Below are positions 43,901 to 53,511 of a stretch of 56,898 nt of DNA, piece after piece. This DNA is from Pseudomonadota bacterium. GTDB lineage: Bacteria > Pseudomonadota > Gammaproteobacteria > Xanthomonadales > Xanthomonadaceae. Numbering within the stretch: position 1 is the stretch's first letter; every line of letters begins with the position of its first letter. Below the pieces are notes generated by a model. It searched no databases, had not been told where the DNA came from, and saw only the letters and a list, made by a program, of their open reading frames with translations. Position numbers and translations under genes: made by a program. The stretch covers positions 1 through 56,898 of the forward strand of contig CAUJJG010000046.1 in NCBI GenBank assembly GCA_963205445.1. The letters are read 5' to 3'.

Positions 43901-44484
43901 CCGCCATTCCCGGCATCTGGGAAAATGCTTCGCGCAGCGCACGCCCGCAGGAAGGTCGAAGCTGGCGTCCGATGGTGCAGACGGTGGTGGCAGGCCAGGT
44001 GATCGGTGTCCGCAAGCGCGGTGAAAGCCAGGCCTTCGTGCAGCTGGAGGATGGCCGCGGCCGGATCGAGTGCGGCTTTTTCAACGAACAGTGGACGGAA
44101 TTCGCCCCCTTGCTCACCCGTGACCAGATTCTGGTGGTGGAAGGCGGCCTGCGCGAGGACGAATTCAACGGCGGCTATTCGCTGCGGGCCAGCCGCTGCT
44201 GGGATTTCGTCCAGATCTGCAGCCAGAAGGCGCAGCGGATCTCGCTGCGGCTGGACTTGCGCGTCCCCGAAGCGCTTGCACGCTTCGAACAAGTCCTCCG
44301 CGACCATGCCGGCAGCACGCCCGTGCTGCTGGAAGTCACCACCGCCGCTGGCACCGGCCGGCTTCGCCTTTCCGGTGGGCGGGGACTGGCGGTGGACGCG
44401 GCCCTGCCCGGCCTGTTGCGCAGCCTGCCCGGGGTGACGTCCGTCAACGTGTTGCTGGCCAACCCCTGGGCCGAAGGCGGCTGA
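40912..44484 (+). CDS. dnaE: DNA polymerase III alpha subunit
   Basis: FVHLHLHTEFSL PHP domain, GRGSGAGSL, MPDFDIDF, KFDFLGLRTL, YGFNKSH. Confidence 0.98.
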   Translation: MPAPFVHLHLHTEFSLADSTIRVPEKPDYARPEKAGDRPNLLSRAMELGLPALAITDRNNLFALVKFYKAAESVGIKPIAGADILIADGGDAPSLLTLLCRDHSGYLSLSRLLSRAWLEGHRGDCVAIDPEWLRADHAGLCAIAGRQSLAGRLAVAGRHDVAEAQLLAWRQTFGDDLHLELTRTGRDGEVAFNQFALHTASKLALPVIASNDVRFLDASGFDAHEARVCIASGRVLDDARRPREYSAQQYLRSNEEMSALFADVPDALDNTVALAQRCNLQLKLGTYFLPAYPVPSDETLDSWICKQSRDGLAVRLEKNPLAPGKTREDYEARLEFELQTIIKMGFPGYFLIVADFIQWGKSQGIPIGPGRGSGAGSLVAWALQITDLDPLPYNLLFERFLNPERVSMPDFDIDFCMDRRDEVIDYVARKYGRDRVSQIITYGTMAAKAVLRDSGRVLGFGYGMVDGIAKLIPNVLGISLKDAMGEGKGGMDGEMAAPELIARYRSEDEVRDLIDLARQLEDLTRNAGKHAGGVVIAPSPLSDFSPLYAEHDHGLLGKNPVTQFDKDDVEAVGLVKFDFLGLRTLTIIDWAVKAINARRTKEGLAPIDIAAIPMDDASVFRNVFANGNTGSVFQFESAGMRRALKDAKPDRFEDLIALNALYRPGPMEMIPSFVARKHGKEQFDYPDPRTEAMLRETYGIMVYQEQVMQMAQIVGGYSLGGADLLRRAMGKKVPAEMAKHREIFREGAAKGGVSAAKADEIFDLMEKFAGYGFNKSHAAAYSLVAYQTAWLKQHYPAEFMAATLSSDMDKTEKVVGFLDEARGLGLTVLPPDVNASGYMFEAVSADAIRYGLGAVKGVGQGVCEAIEQAHAAGGHFTDLLDFCQRVSAGGMNKRTLEALIHAGAMDALAVNRASLMLQLPEAMKATDQMAKNQAAGMFDMFGGSGGDAIRVELPQTTEWPLAQRLQGEHDTLGHYLSGHPMDPWREDVVRLVGHDLSAIPGIWENASRSARPQEGRSWRPMVQTVVAGQVIGVRKRGESQAFVQLEDGRGRIECGFFNEQWTEFAPLLTRDQILVVEGGLREDEFNGGYSLRASRCWDFVQICSQKAQRISLRLDLRVPEALARFEQVLRDHAGSTPVLLEVTTAAGTGRLRLSGGRGLAVDAALPGLLRSLPGVTSVNVLLANPWAEGG

Positions 44485-44532
44485 CCCCATACGGCTCGGT
44501 GTGGGGCCATCCGCTGCGCTAAACTTGACCGG

Positions 44533-45492
44533 ATGAATCCGAACTACCTCGACTTCGAGCAGCCAATCGCCGACCTGGAATCCAAGATCCAGGAACTGCG
44601 CAAGGCCAGCGACGGCCCGGCGCTCAATATCGACAAGGAAGTGCGCGCGCTGCAGGAAAAACTGCGCAAGCGCACCGCGCACATTTTTCGCGACCTCACG
44701 CCGTGGCAGGTCTCGCAGCTCTCGCGCCATCCGCAGCGCCCGTACACGCTGGACTACGTCAAGGTGATCTGCGACGAATTCCAAGAGCTGGCAGGCGACC
44801 GTGCGTTTGCCGACGACAACGCCATCGTCGGCGGGCTGGCTCGTATCGATGGCCGCCCGGTGATGGTGATCGGCCACGAGAAAGGCCGCGACACCAAGAG
44901 CAAGCTCAAGCGCAATTTCGGCATGCCCAAGCCCGAGGGTTACCGCAAGGCGCTGCGCCTGATGAAATTGGCCGAACGCTTCGGCCTGCCGATCTTCACC
45001 TTCATCGACACCATGGGCGCCTGGCCCGGCATCGATGCCGAAGAGCGCGGCCAATCCGAAGCCATCGCCCGCAACCTGCTGGAAATGGCCGAGCTCAAAG
45101 TGCCGATCATCTGCACCGTGACCGGCGAGGGCGGCAGCGGCGGCGCGCTGGCCATTGGCGTGGGCGACTGCACCTTGATGCTGGAATACAGCACTTACTC
45201 GGTAATCACCCCCGAAGGCTGCGCCTCGATCCTGTGGCGTGACGCCGGCAAAGCCAAAGACGCCGCCGAGCAGCTGGGCATGACCGCCAAGCGACTGCAC
45301 GGGCTGGGCCTGATCGACAAGGTCGTGCGCGAGCCCACCGGCGGCGCCCATCGCAACCCGGTGCAGATGGCCAAGCGCCTGAAGGCCGTGCTGCTGAACA
45401 CGCTTGACGCGCTGGAAGGCATGCCAATCGATGCCCTGCTGGAGCGCCGCTACCGTCGCCTGCGCAGTTACGGCGCCTACGACCTCGCCTGA
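44533..45492 (+). CDS. accA: Acetyl-CoA carboxylase carboxyltransferase alpha
   Basis: [35 protein letters not shown]. Confidence 0.98.
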   Translation: MNPNYLDFEQPIADLESKIQELRKASDGPALNIDKEVRALQEKLRKRTAHIFRDLTPWQVSQLSRHPQRPYTLDYVKVICDEFQELAGDRAFADDNAIVGGLARIDGRPVMVIGHEKGRDTKSKLKRNFGMPKPEGYRKALRLMKLAERFGLPIFTFIDTMGAWPGIDAEERGQSEAIARNLLEMAELKVPIICTVTGEGGSGGALAIGVGDCTLMLEYSTYSVITPEGCASILWRDAGKAKDAAEQLGMTAKRLHGLGLIDKVVREPTGGAHRNPVQMAKRLKAVLLNTLDALEGMPIDALLERRYRRLRSYGAYDLA

Positions 45493-45525
45493 GAACGGCG
45501 CAGCGCCCCCTTTACAATCGCGGGC

Positions 45526-46791
45526 ATGCGCCTGCCCAAACCGCCGCTGCCCGCACCGCTGCTGATCGGCTTCAGTGGCGGCATGGACTCGACCGTCCTG
45601 CTGCATCTTCTGCGGCAGCATGCACGTCCACTGCGCGCGCTCCACGTCCACCACGGGCTGCATGCGCAGGCGGACGACTGGGCCGCACATTGCCAGCACA
45701 TCTGCGATGAACTGGGCGTGCCGCTGGAGATCGTCCACGTCGCAGTGGCGCGCGACAGCGGTCTGGGGCCGGAAGGTGCTGCTCGCGCAGTGCGGCATGC
45801 CGCGTTTGCCCAGGCACTGGGCGCTGGCGAAATTCTCACGCTGGCCCACCACCAGGACGATCAGGCCGAAACCTTTTTGCTGCGTGCCCTGCGCGGTGCT
45901 GGCGCGGAGGGGTTGGCGGCAATGCGCTGCTGGCGGCCTTTTGCCGGTGGCTGGTTATGGCGGCCCATGTTGGATTGGCCACGCACCGCATTGCACGACT
46001 ACGCCCGCAGGCAAGGGCTGAGGTGGGTGGAGGATCCCGGCAATACCGCAAGCACGTTCGACCGCAATTTCCTGCGCAACCAAGTGCTGCCGTTGCTGCG
46101 CCAGCGCTGGCCGGAAGCGGATGTGAATTTTGCTCGCAGCGCAACGCTGTGCGCACAAGCCGGTGACCTGCTGGAAGTCGAAGACGCACAGGCGCTGGCC
46201 CGCGTGCAACCAGACCCGCACACGCTGGAAATCGCCGCGCTGCAGGCCCTGCCGCCGGCGCGGCGTGCGCGCCTGTTGCGGCGCTGGATAGCGGCGCTGG
46301 GGCTGCCGCCGCTGCCAAGCAACGGCATTGCCATCATCGAATGCAATCTGTTGCCAGCCAACCATGCCAGCAATGCACGTTTCGACTGGGCTGGCGCACG
46401 GGTACAACGCTGGCGCGGCCTGCTGCATGCCGGCCGCATCCTTCCGCCGCTGCCGCAGGATTACACGCAGCCTTGGGATGGCCGTACGGCGCTGAAGCTG
46501 CCCACCGGCGACATGCTGACATTGGAAGGCGCAGACGGGTTCGACACACCTGTACTGGCCTGCGCACGCCGCGGCGGTGAACGCATCGTGCTGCCTGGCC
46601 GCGGCCATTCGCATGCACTCAAGCACGTCCTGCAGGACACCAACACGCCGCCCTGGCTGCGCGCACGTTTGCCGTTGCTGCGGGCCATGGACGGCACCGT
46701 GCTGGCCGCCGGCGACGCCATCGTTTCGGCGCATATGGCGGCATGGCTCGCCACGCGCGGTGCGCGGCTGCAATGGACGCCGCTGGCGTAA
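45526..46791 (+). CDS. tilS: tRNA(Ile)-lysidine synthase
   Basis: SGGMDS PP-loop, HVHHGL, LAHHQDDQAET, RNFLR. Confidence 0.95.
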   Translation: MRLPKPPLPAPLLIGFSGGMDSTVLLHLLRQHARPLRALHVHHGLHAQADDWAAHCQHICDELGVPLEIVHVAVARDSGLGPEGAARAVRHAAFAQALGAGEILTLAHHQDDQAETFLLRALRGAGAEGLAAMRCWRPFAGGWLWRPMLDWPRTALHDYARRQGLRWVEDPGNTASTFDRNFLRNQVLPLLRQRWPEADVNFARSATLCAQAGDLLEVEDAQALARVQPDPHTLEIAALQALPPARRARLLRRWIAALGLPPLPSNGIAIIECNLLPANHASNARFDWAGARVQRWRGLLHAGRILPPLPQDYTQPWDGRTALKLPTGDMLTLEGADGFDTPVLACARRGGERIVLPGRGHSHALKHVLQDTNTPPWLRARLPLLRAMDGTVLAAGDAIVSAHMAAWLATRGARLQWTPLA

Positions 46792-46800
46792 ACTTCGTCC

Positions 46801-47067
46801 ATGGCCAAGAAACAAGCAGTGCAGAATGCCTCCCCGGTTGCTGACTTCGAACAGTCGATGCAGGCCCTGGAAGACCTGGTGGGCAAGATGGAAACGGGCG
46901 AAATGACGCTGGAGGAATCCCTTGCCGCCTACGAACAAGGCGTGGGCCTGTACCGCCGCTGCCAGAGCGCGCTGGAGCAGGCCGAACTACGGGTGCGTCT
47001 GCTGAGCGACCCGGCCCTTCCCGACGACGCCCGCGACTTCGACACCAGTACCGATGGCGGCTTTTGA
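46801..47067 (+). CDS. xseB: Exodeoxyribonuclease VII small subunit
   Basis: [16 protein letters not shown]...LEESL..YEQGV; xseB-ispA synteny. Confidence 0.95.
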   Translation: MAKKQAVQNASPVADFEQSMQALEDLVGKMETGEMTLEESLAAYEQGVGLYRRCQSALEQAELRVRLLSDPALPDDARDFDTSTDGGF

Positions 47068-48001
47068 TTTCACCCCATGGCGCGCGCGCGTGGACGCGGC
47101 GCTGGCAGCCGCCCTGCCTGATCCTGCGGTTGCGCCCCAGCGCCTGCACGCAGCGATGCGTCACGGCGTGCTGAACGGCGGCAAGCGCATGCGCCCGCTG
47201 CTGGTGTATGCCACCGGCTGCGCACTGGGGGCTGACGCAAGCGAACTGGATGCCGCGGCCGTCGCCGTCGAACTTGTGCACTGCTATTCGCTGGTGCACG
47301 ACGACCTGCCGGCGATGGACGACGACGCCCTGCGACGCGGCCAACCCACCGTGCACATCGCTTTTGGCGAAGCCAGCGCCATCTTGGCCGGTGACGCGCT
47401 GCAAACGCTGGCTTTCGAGGCTTTGGCCGCCGCACCGCAAGCCCCAGAGCGCCGCATCGCGATGTTGGCCGAACTGGCCCGCGCCGCAGGCGTGGCCGGC
47501 ATGTGTGGCGGCCAAGCATTGGATATCGACGCCACCGGGACGGCGAAAGGGGGTCAGCGTCACTTTTCGGCTGAAACTCATCGCCAACCGATGTATTCCA
47601 ACCAGGAAAGTGACGCTGACCCCCTTTCATTGCTCGAACGCCTGCATGCGCTCAAGACGGGGGCCCTGCTGCGCTGCGCCGTGCGGCTGGGCGCCATTGC
47701 CGGTGGCGCAGACCCGGCGCAATCCCGACAACTGGACCGCTACGCCGACGCCCTTGGCCTGGCCTTCCAGATCAAGGATGACCTGCTGGACATCGAGGGC
47801 GATGCCGCCACATTGGGCAAGAGTCCCGGCAAGGATGCGGCGCAGGCCAAAGCCACTTTCCCCGCCCTGCTGGGCATCGAGGAAAGCCGTGTCCGCTTGC
47901 AGCACCTTTTCACGCAAATGACTGCGGCATTGACAGACAGCGGCGTGCACAGCGAGGCACTGGCCCAACTGGCCCGCAAGGTGATAGAACGCAGCAACTG
48001 A
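47054..48001 (+). CDS. ispA: Farnesyl diphosphate synthase with an in-frame insertion
   Basis: [42 protein letters not shown]. Confidence 0.95.
   Translation: MAAFDFTPWRARVDAALAAALPDPAVAPQRLHAAMRHGVLNGGKRMRPLLVYATGCALGADASELDAAAVAVELVHCYSLVHDDLPAMDDDALRRGQPTVHIAFGEASAILAGDALQTLAFEALAAAPQAPERRIAMLAELARAAGVAGMCGGQALDIDATGTAKGGQRHFSAETHRQPMYSNQESDADPLSLLERLHALKTGALLRCAVRLGAIAGGADPAQSRQLDRYADALGLAFQIKDDLLDIEGDAATLGKSPGKDAAQAKATFPALLGIEESRVRLQHLFTQMTAALTDSGVHSEALAQLARKVIERSN
47545..47628. repeat. 84-bp palindromic element (22-bp perfect terminal inverted repeats) inside ispA
   Basis: GAAAGGGGGTCAGCGTCACTTT (47545-47566), 40-bp spacer, AAAGTGACGCTGACCCCCTTTC (47607-47628). Confidence 0.88.
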
Positions 48002-48017
48002 CGAGGATCCCCGGCGC

Positions 48018-49892
48018 ATGGCGGGCAGGACGTTACGCAAAGCCGTGCAGGATCGAATCGACGCCACCATGGCGTCCCTGGCCGTCTGGTTCATGGACGC
48101 TTGGACCGTGGTGGAGCGCGGCTATCGGCGCCCCCTGACCCGCCTCGCACTGAAGCTGAAATTCGCCTTTTATCCCCTGCTCGCCGTCGTGGCCTTGAGC
48201 TGGCTGGCCTGGGATTACAGCCACGAGCGCAGCCTCGATGCCGCCGAAGACGGCATCTTCGATACCGTGGTGCAGTGGCGTCCGGTGGAACCCAAACCCT
48301 CCGGCAAGACCGTGGTGGTCGAAATCGACGACTGCTCGCTGGAATGGACCCGTGCGCAAGGCCTGGGCGGCTGGCCTTGGCCGCGTTCGGTGCACGCTGA
48401 CCTGCTGGACGCACTCGATCGTGCCGGCGTCCGGGCCGTCGGCGTGGACGTGCAGTTCGTCGATCGGGACCCGGATGATCCCGACGGAGATGGCATGCTC
48501 GATACGGTCGCAGCTGCCGGACAGGGACGCTTCGTGTTTGCCTCGGCCCGCCAGGCCGAAGACTTCGACGACGCCTCGCCCCTGCGGGTCGATCAACTGC
48601 CTGGGGCCTTCCGTCTCGATGACGACAGCCCAGCCAAGGGCCCCCAGGTCGCCGTGCTGTTGCCCTACGGCGAAGCCATGGCACGCCATTCGGCGCTGAC
48701 CAACATTCGCCGCGCCGAAGACGGCGTGCTGCGGGACATCCCGCTCCATGATGAAGCCGGTGGCTGGGGACTACCTACCCTGCCGCTGCAGCTGGCGGCC
48801 ACGCTGCAGGGCAAGGCTGCATCCAGCTACCCCGCTTGGATCCGCGTGAACTGGCGCGAACAGCATCGCCTGCCCTATGTCAGCGCCGCCGATCTGCTGG
48901 CAGGCAAGCGCGTCTGCGGTGCTCCGGCCGACGCCCCGCCTCGACTGAAGGATGCAGTGGTCCTGGTCGGTTACACCGCCTCGGGCATCAGCGACAGCAA
49001 ACCCACGCCGGTCAACCCCGCCATGCCCGGCGTTGAAGTCTGGGCCGAAGCCACCGACGCCCTGTTGCACGACACCGCCATCTGGTTGCCCCCCACTTCG
49101 CTCAAGTACCTGCTGGCAGCCTTTTTGATCGCATTGACGGCCTATGCTTTCTGGCGCGGCGAACCGCACGAGGACGTGGATGGCGTCTTTGTCGCCACCA
49201 ATCTCGTCCTGCTCACGGCCGCAGTGCTTGGCCTGACCTTCTTCGGCATCTTCCTGGACATCTTCGCCAGTGTCGGCTTCGTCAGCCTGTGTTTCGGACT
49301 TTGCCGCATGTACGCCGCCGTCCAGCGTGGCCGCGCGATAGGCAACAACGACTACCGCGACGAATACGACCCCCAGCGCCACCCTTGGCTGGTGATGTGC
49401 CGCCTGCGGTTTGCGCCCCTCCCAGGCCAAGATGCCTTCACGGGCGTGCGCGGCAAGCGTGAGTACCGACGGCTGCTGCGTCGCCAACTCTATGCCGGGG
49501 GCGATGCGGTGATGATCGAAGGCATCGTGGAGCGCAAAAGCTGGCTGCACGAGATTCTCGACGACCTGATGGTCCTGATTTGGACCGGCACCGACCGCGA
49601 GTCCGCCTTGCAGGTCGCCAAGCGCGAACTCGACCTGCTGCATCACCATCTGGAATCCGGCGACCTTCCCCTGTCCGATCACGGCAAGGTGATGGTCTGC
49701 ATCAGCCTTGCGGAAATCGACGATGATGACGACAGCACCAATCGCGGCGAACGCATGCGCCTGCGCGAGCTGCTGGGCCAGGACCTGAATGACGATATTG
49801 AATATCCGCTGACGGCCGACAATCGGTTTGTCCTGGAACGCGCCCAACTTCTCGTTTTCGATGATGACGACACACAGGGGGACACCGCATGA
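48018..49892 (+). CDS. CHASE2-domain membrane sensor with an unrecognised cytoplasmic domain
   Basis: VVVEIDDCSL...GGWPWPRSVHADLLD, VGVDVQF, DGVLR, VVLVGYTA...TP...MPGVEV, followed by 3 TM helices. Confidence 0.85.
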   Translation: MAGRTLRKAVQDRIDATMASLAVWFMDAWTVVERGYRRPLTRLALKLKFAFYPLLAVVALSWLAWDYSHERSLDAAEDGIFDTVVQWRPVEPKPSGKTVVVEIDDCSLEWTRAQGLGGWPWPRSVHADLLDALDRAGVRAVGVDVQFVDRDPDDPDGDGMLDTVAAAGQGRFVFASARQAEDFDDASPLRVDQLPGAFRLDDDSPAKGPQVAVLLPYGEAMARHSALTNIRRAEDGVLRDIPLHDEAGGWGLPTLPLQLAATLQGKAASSYPAWIRVNWREQHRLPYVSAADLLAGKRVCGAPADAPPRLKDAVVLVGYTASGISDSKPTPVNPAMPGVEVWAEATDALLHDTAIWLPPTSLKYLLAAFLIALTAYAFWRGEPHEDVDGVFVATNLVLLTAAVLGLTFFGIFLDIFASVGFVSLCFGLCRMYAAVQRGRAIGNNDYRDEYDPQRHPWLVMCRLRFAPLPGQDAFTGVRGKREYRRLLRRQLYAGGDAVMIEGIVERKSWLHEILDDLMVLIWTGTDRESALQVAKRELDLLHHHLESGDLPLSDHGKVMVCISLAEIDDDDDSTNRGERMRLRELLGQDLNDDIEYPLTADNRFVLERAQLLVFDDDDTQGDTA

Positions 49893-51238
49893 CCCGCACC
49901 ACCCAACGTTTCCTGTTGAGTTTTCTGGCCATGGCTACCACCGGTTTGCTGGCGGCCGCAAACGGACTGACCCCGGCCACGGTTGCCAAGCCCTCGGTAC
50001 AGGCGCGCGCCAAGCCCGACTTCAACGCGCCCGCGGTTGCGACCTTGGGCAAGGATGCGCCGGTCAACGTCAGCGGGCAGGACGGCCTGTGGTTCAAGCT
50101 GACGCTGGAGGGCGGCAAGACCGGCTATGTGCGGGTGAACGAGGTTCGGGTTGCCTATGGCACCAAGGAGACGGGCGGCATCGGTCAGACCCTGTTCACC
50201 GGAAAGGCGGGCAAGGGCCGCGTCAGTGAAACCGCCAGCGTGCGTGGCCTGGATGAGAGCGCCCTGAAAACCGCTGGATTCAACGGCGAACAGCTGGCGC
50301 TGATGGAGTCGTACCGTGCGACGCCGGAAGAAGCCGAGGCAGCCGCCGCGAAAAACCGCTGGCAAGCGACCGACGTTGCCTATGCCGAGGAGTACAAGCC
50401 CGGCCAAGGCAAGGGCAAAAGCCGGAACGGCAAGCCGGAATCCACACAGGCCGAAAAGCGTGCGCGTTTCAGTGTGGCGCGAGGCCTGCTGTCGCAGCTG
50501 GGCGGCCGGATGGGCGGAGCCATGTCCTCGGGTGACAAGTTGATCGGCAAGTCGGAACAGGAAGTCCTCGAGGAGGAGCTGGCGCTCGGCCCGATGATCG
50601 CCGGGCGCGTCCTGGGCGCGGCCCCGCTGGTGAAGGACCCCAAAGTCCAGCGACGGGTGAATCTGATCGGCCGCTGGATGGCGTCACGCACCAGCCGTCC
50701 GGACCTGCCTTGGACCTTCGGAGTCATCGACGATGCGGAGATCAACGCCTTTGCGGCCCCCGGCGGCTACATCCTGATCACGCGCGGCCTGTACCAGCTG
50801 CTGGCCAATGACGCGGAAGTCGCCGCCGTGCTGGGGCATGAACTGAGCCACGTGGTGCAGCAGGACCATTACAACGTCATCCGCAAGCAGGAAACCCAGG
50901 GGGCCGTCAGCGGCATGGCGCTGAGCCAGGTCAATACCGGCGGAGGCGTCGCCGGCAGCCTCGCGCGCAACTACATCGAAAAGCACGGCGCGGCGATCAT
51001 GATGACCCAGCTGGACCGCAATGCCGAATACCGCGCCGACCATGCGGCGGGTATTTATCTGGCCCGGGGCGGCAGCAATCCGCTGGAGCTGTATGCCGTC
51101 CTGCAGAAGATGACCGCACTGGGCAGTACCTCCCCACGTCTGGCCAGCCTGTACAAGACCCATCCCTCGCTGGACAAGCGCTTGGACGCACTGGACAAGC
51201 GGGGCTATGACGACCTGCAGGCCTATCTGGACCGTTGA
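49889..51238 (+). CDS. Secreted SH3-like + M48 metallopeptidase
   Basis: Signal peptide; SH3b-like GLWFKL...KTGYV; INAFAAPGG, LGHELSHV (HExxH), EYRAD, THP. Confidence 0.88.
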   Translation: MTRTTQRFLLSFLAMATTGLLAAANGLTPATVAKPSVQARAKPDFNAPAVATLGKDAPVNVSGQDGLWFKLTLEGGKTGYVRVNEVRVAYGTKETGGIGQTLFTGKAGKGRVSETASVRGLDESALKTAGFNGEQLALMESYRATPEEAEAAAAKNRWQATDVAYAEEYKPGQGKGKSRNGKPESTQAEKRARFSVARGLLSQLGGRMGGAMSSGDKLIGKSEQEVLEEELALGPMIAGRVLGAAPLVKDPKVQRRVNLIGRWMASRTSRPDLPWTFGVIDDAEINAFAAPGGYILITRGLYQLLANDAEVAAVLGHELSHVVQQDHYNVIRKQETQGAVSGMALSQVNTGGGVAGSLARNYIEKHGAAIMMTQLDRNAEYRADHAAGIYLARGGSNPLELYAVLQKMTALGSTSPRLASLYKTHPSLDKRLDALDKRGYDDLQAYLDR

Positions 51239-51251
51239 GGCTGGCAAGCAG

Positions 51252-51277
51252 TGCCCCCTGCGCACCCGCAGGGGGCA
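51252..51277. terminator. Hairpin between convergent genes
   Basis: TGCCCCCTGCG-CACC-CGCAGGGGGCA; no long U tail. Confidence 0.5.
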
Positions 51278-51303
51278 ATGTATGTATGTGCAGCGCCGTA
51301 CGT

Positions 51304-51762
51304 TCAGGAAAACAGGCGCAGCGTCAGGGGAAAACGATAGGGCTGCCCTTCCCAGGCTTTCACGGCGGCCACCACGCTGCAGACCAGCCAGAGTGCCGCA
51401 ATCCCGGCCCAAGCCAGCAGCAACACGAGCCCGGCAGGCGCCGTCAGCAGCAGGCCAAAGCCCAAGGTCAACAAGGTGGCCCCTACCAGCGCCACCGTGA
51501 TCCCGCCAGCCACCACGGCGTAGATCAACATGCTCAGATTGAAATTGAGCGACTCCTTCGCATGGGCCGCCGCAAACGGGTGACGGTCACGCACCAGCAG
51601 CCAGACCACCAAGGCGGCCAAAGCGCCTGCCAGCCCCGCCGCCCAGCTCGTCAGCATGGCGGCCAGCAGCGCCGCCACATGCACCCCGGCGGCCCACAGG
51701 CGCTCGTTCTGCTGCAAAGCCGCCACCGGAACCCCAGCCTCCTGATTCATCGTCGTTTCCAT
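51304..51762 (-). CDS. DUF4870 (Tic20-like) membrane protein
   Basis: ERLWAAGVH, HAKESLNFNLS, GQPYRFPLTLRL; AAGGAG RBS. Confidence 0.8.
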   Translation of the reverse strand: METTMNQEAGVPVAALQQNERLWAAGVHVAALLAAMLTSWAAGLAGALAALVVWLLVRDRHPFAAAHAKESLNFNLSMLIYAVVAGGITVALVGATLLTLGFGLLLTAPAGLVLLLAWAGIAALWLVCSVVAAVKAWEGQPYRFPLTLRLFS

Positions 51763-51848
51763 TTGCCCTCTCTCCTTCCGGAACGTTTCCGGCATGCCGA
51801 GAATGGCGAAGTGGCGTCAGTGTGCAAGTGACGTTGCGACGAATGCAG

Positions 51849-51910
51849 GCAGGTGGCGACCAAGATCCGCCACCTGCGATGAAATCCCCCTGCCGGCAAC
51901 GGGCAGGGGG
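51849..51910 (-). terminator. Two tandem hairpins between the DUF4870 genes
   Basis: GCAGGTGGCG-N9-CGCCACCTGC (51849-51877) and CCCCCTGCC-N7-GGCAGGGGG (51886-51910). Confidence 0.5.
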
Positions 51911-51918
51911 TCAAACCA

Positions 51919-52260
51919 TCACTTGATCAGGCGCAACGCGAACGGATAGCGGTAGCTCTCGCCCTTGTTCACCGCCATGCCGGCGATGATGCTGAAGATC
52001 AGGCTGACCAGCCACACCACCGGCATCAGCAGGGCGCCGATCAGGATCACGGTCAGGATCGAGCAAGCCACATAGGCAATTGCAATGGTGATCTGGAAGT
52101 TCAAGGCTTCCACCGCCTGCGTGTTCAACCACGCCTTGTCGCTCTTGTCCTTGTTGGTCAGCCAGATGATCAGCGGGACGATGAAGCCCAGCAGGATACC
52201 GGACAGATGGGTAAGCATGGCCAGGTTGCGGTCGTCGGAAGACGCTGTGACGTCATTCAT
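51919..52260 (-). CDS. DUF4870 (Tic20-like) membrane protein
   Basis: DRNLAMLTHLSG, PLIIWL, EALNFQIT, GESYRYPFALRLIK. Confidence 0.85.
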   Translation of the reverse strand: MNDVTASSDDRNLAMLTHLSGILLGFIVPLIIWLTNKDKSDKAWLNTQAVEALNFQITIAIAYVACSILTVILIGALLMPVVWLVSLIFSIIAGMAVNKGESYRYPFALRLIK

Positions 52261-52352
52261 TGTGTCTATATCCCCAGTGGAGGCGTGCATTCGCCCTACA
52301 CCAGCATAACGCCGATCGTCAGATTTTCAGGACATGCATGCGCAGGCGTGGC

Positions 52353-53510
52353 TCAGCGCGTTCGCAGCAACCCGTTCATCGGACGCTGCGCCCCGCTGTC
52401 GGGAAAGATTCGGCTGTCCAGAACCGTGATAGGCATATCCAGATGGCCATGCAGCACGCCCTTGAACATCCCGCGCATATCGGTGGTTGCCTGTACGTCC
52501 CGGCCTTCGTTCAACTGTGCCCGCCCCAGGCCGGGCCAGTCCCCGGCAATGCGCCCCCCGTTGACCGCACCGCCAGCGAGGAAAGCGGTGCCGCCGGTAC
52601 CGTGATCGGTGCCGCCGGTGCCGTTGATGGCCGCGGTGCGTCCGAATTCAGTCACCACGGCGATGACTGTTCGGCCCCAGATGGGCTGGGCATTTTCATG
52701 GAAGGCCTTCAAGCCGGCGTCCAGCTCGGCCAGCTTGCGGTCCAGGATGGCCAGCTGGCCCCCGTGGGTGTCCCATCCCGTGTCCTCCACGAAACCGATG
52801 CGTGGCCCGTTGGTCGCCGCCATGAACCTTGCCGCGGCCGCCATCGCCTGCGGAAGGCGCAGGCCGTTTTTGGCCCGGCCTGCGGTGTTGGCACCGACGG
52901 TACGATCGATATCGGCAAACGCAGGGGCAAGGGTTGGGTCGGCGGCGTACAGCAGCTGCAACTGCTGCCACAGGATGGGATCCATCTCGGTCCCCAAGGG
53001 AGGCGACCACGTGGAGACATCGCCGTCGCCGCGCATTGCCAGTGGCATCACTCCCGACAGCGCCAACCCCTTTCCGCCCGGCATGGCCGCGACGCAGCGA
53101 TTGAGCCAACCCGTGCTGCCGCCCCGGCCATCCGAACCGTTTTCCACGCAGTCCTGCGCTTCGAAATGCGAACGCTGCCGATACGGGGGCGCCACCGCCA
53201 CCACCGGCAACAGCTGCTTGTCCGCGAAGAGACGGGCGGCAAACCCGAGCTTGCCGTGCAAGGAAAATTCGCTGGTCAATCGCAAGGGCGTCGGCTGTCC
53301 CGTGGCGTTGACGAAGGCGCCCCGCAGGGCCGCGTATGCCGGGTCGCCGTGTGCCTGCAGGGCATGCAGGCCATCCATCCCCCCACGCAGCAGCACCAGC
53401 AGAAAGCGGGTATCACTGGCGGAAGCCGCCGCCAGCGCAAACGTCGGCATGCCGGCCAGCGCCAGCGCGCCTGCCCCCAAGCCAAGGAATCGGCGTCGAT
53501 CGCACTGCAT
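52353..53510 (-). CDS. DUF1501 family protein with Tat signal
   Basis: DRRRFL, LRGGMDGL, RSHFEAQD, GWDTH, TEFGRT, GTDHG. Confidence 0.85.
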   Translation of the reverse strand: MQCDRRRFLGLGAGALALAGMPTFALAAASASDTRFLLVLLRGGMDGLHALQAHGDPAYAALRGAFVNATGQPTPLRLTSEFSLHGKLGFAARLFADKQLLPVVAVAPPYRQRSHFEAQDCVENGSDGRGGSTGWLNRCVAAMPGGKGLALSGVMPLAMRGDGDVSTWSPPLGTEMDPILWQQLQLLYAADPTLAPAFADIDRTVGANTAGRAKNGLRLPQAMAAAARFMAATNGPRIGFVEDTGWDTHGGQLAILDRKLAELDAGLKAFHENAQPIWGRTVIAVVTEFGRTAAINGTGGTDHGTGGTAFLAGGAVNGGRIAGDWPGLGRAQLNEGRDVQATTDMRGMFKGVLHGHLDMPITVLDSRIFPDSGAQRPMNGLLRTR

Positions 53511-53511
53511 G

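Noticed and set aside
42058-45852. 1264-aa minus-strand ORF (likewise 34381-36204 and 23523-25112)
   Set aside because: Antisense shadows of dnaE/accA, bamA and the MTase.
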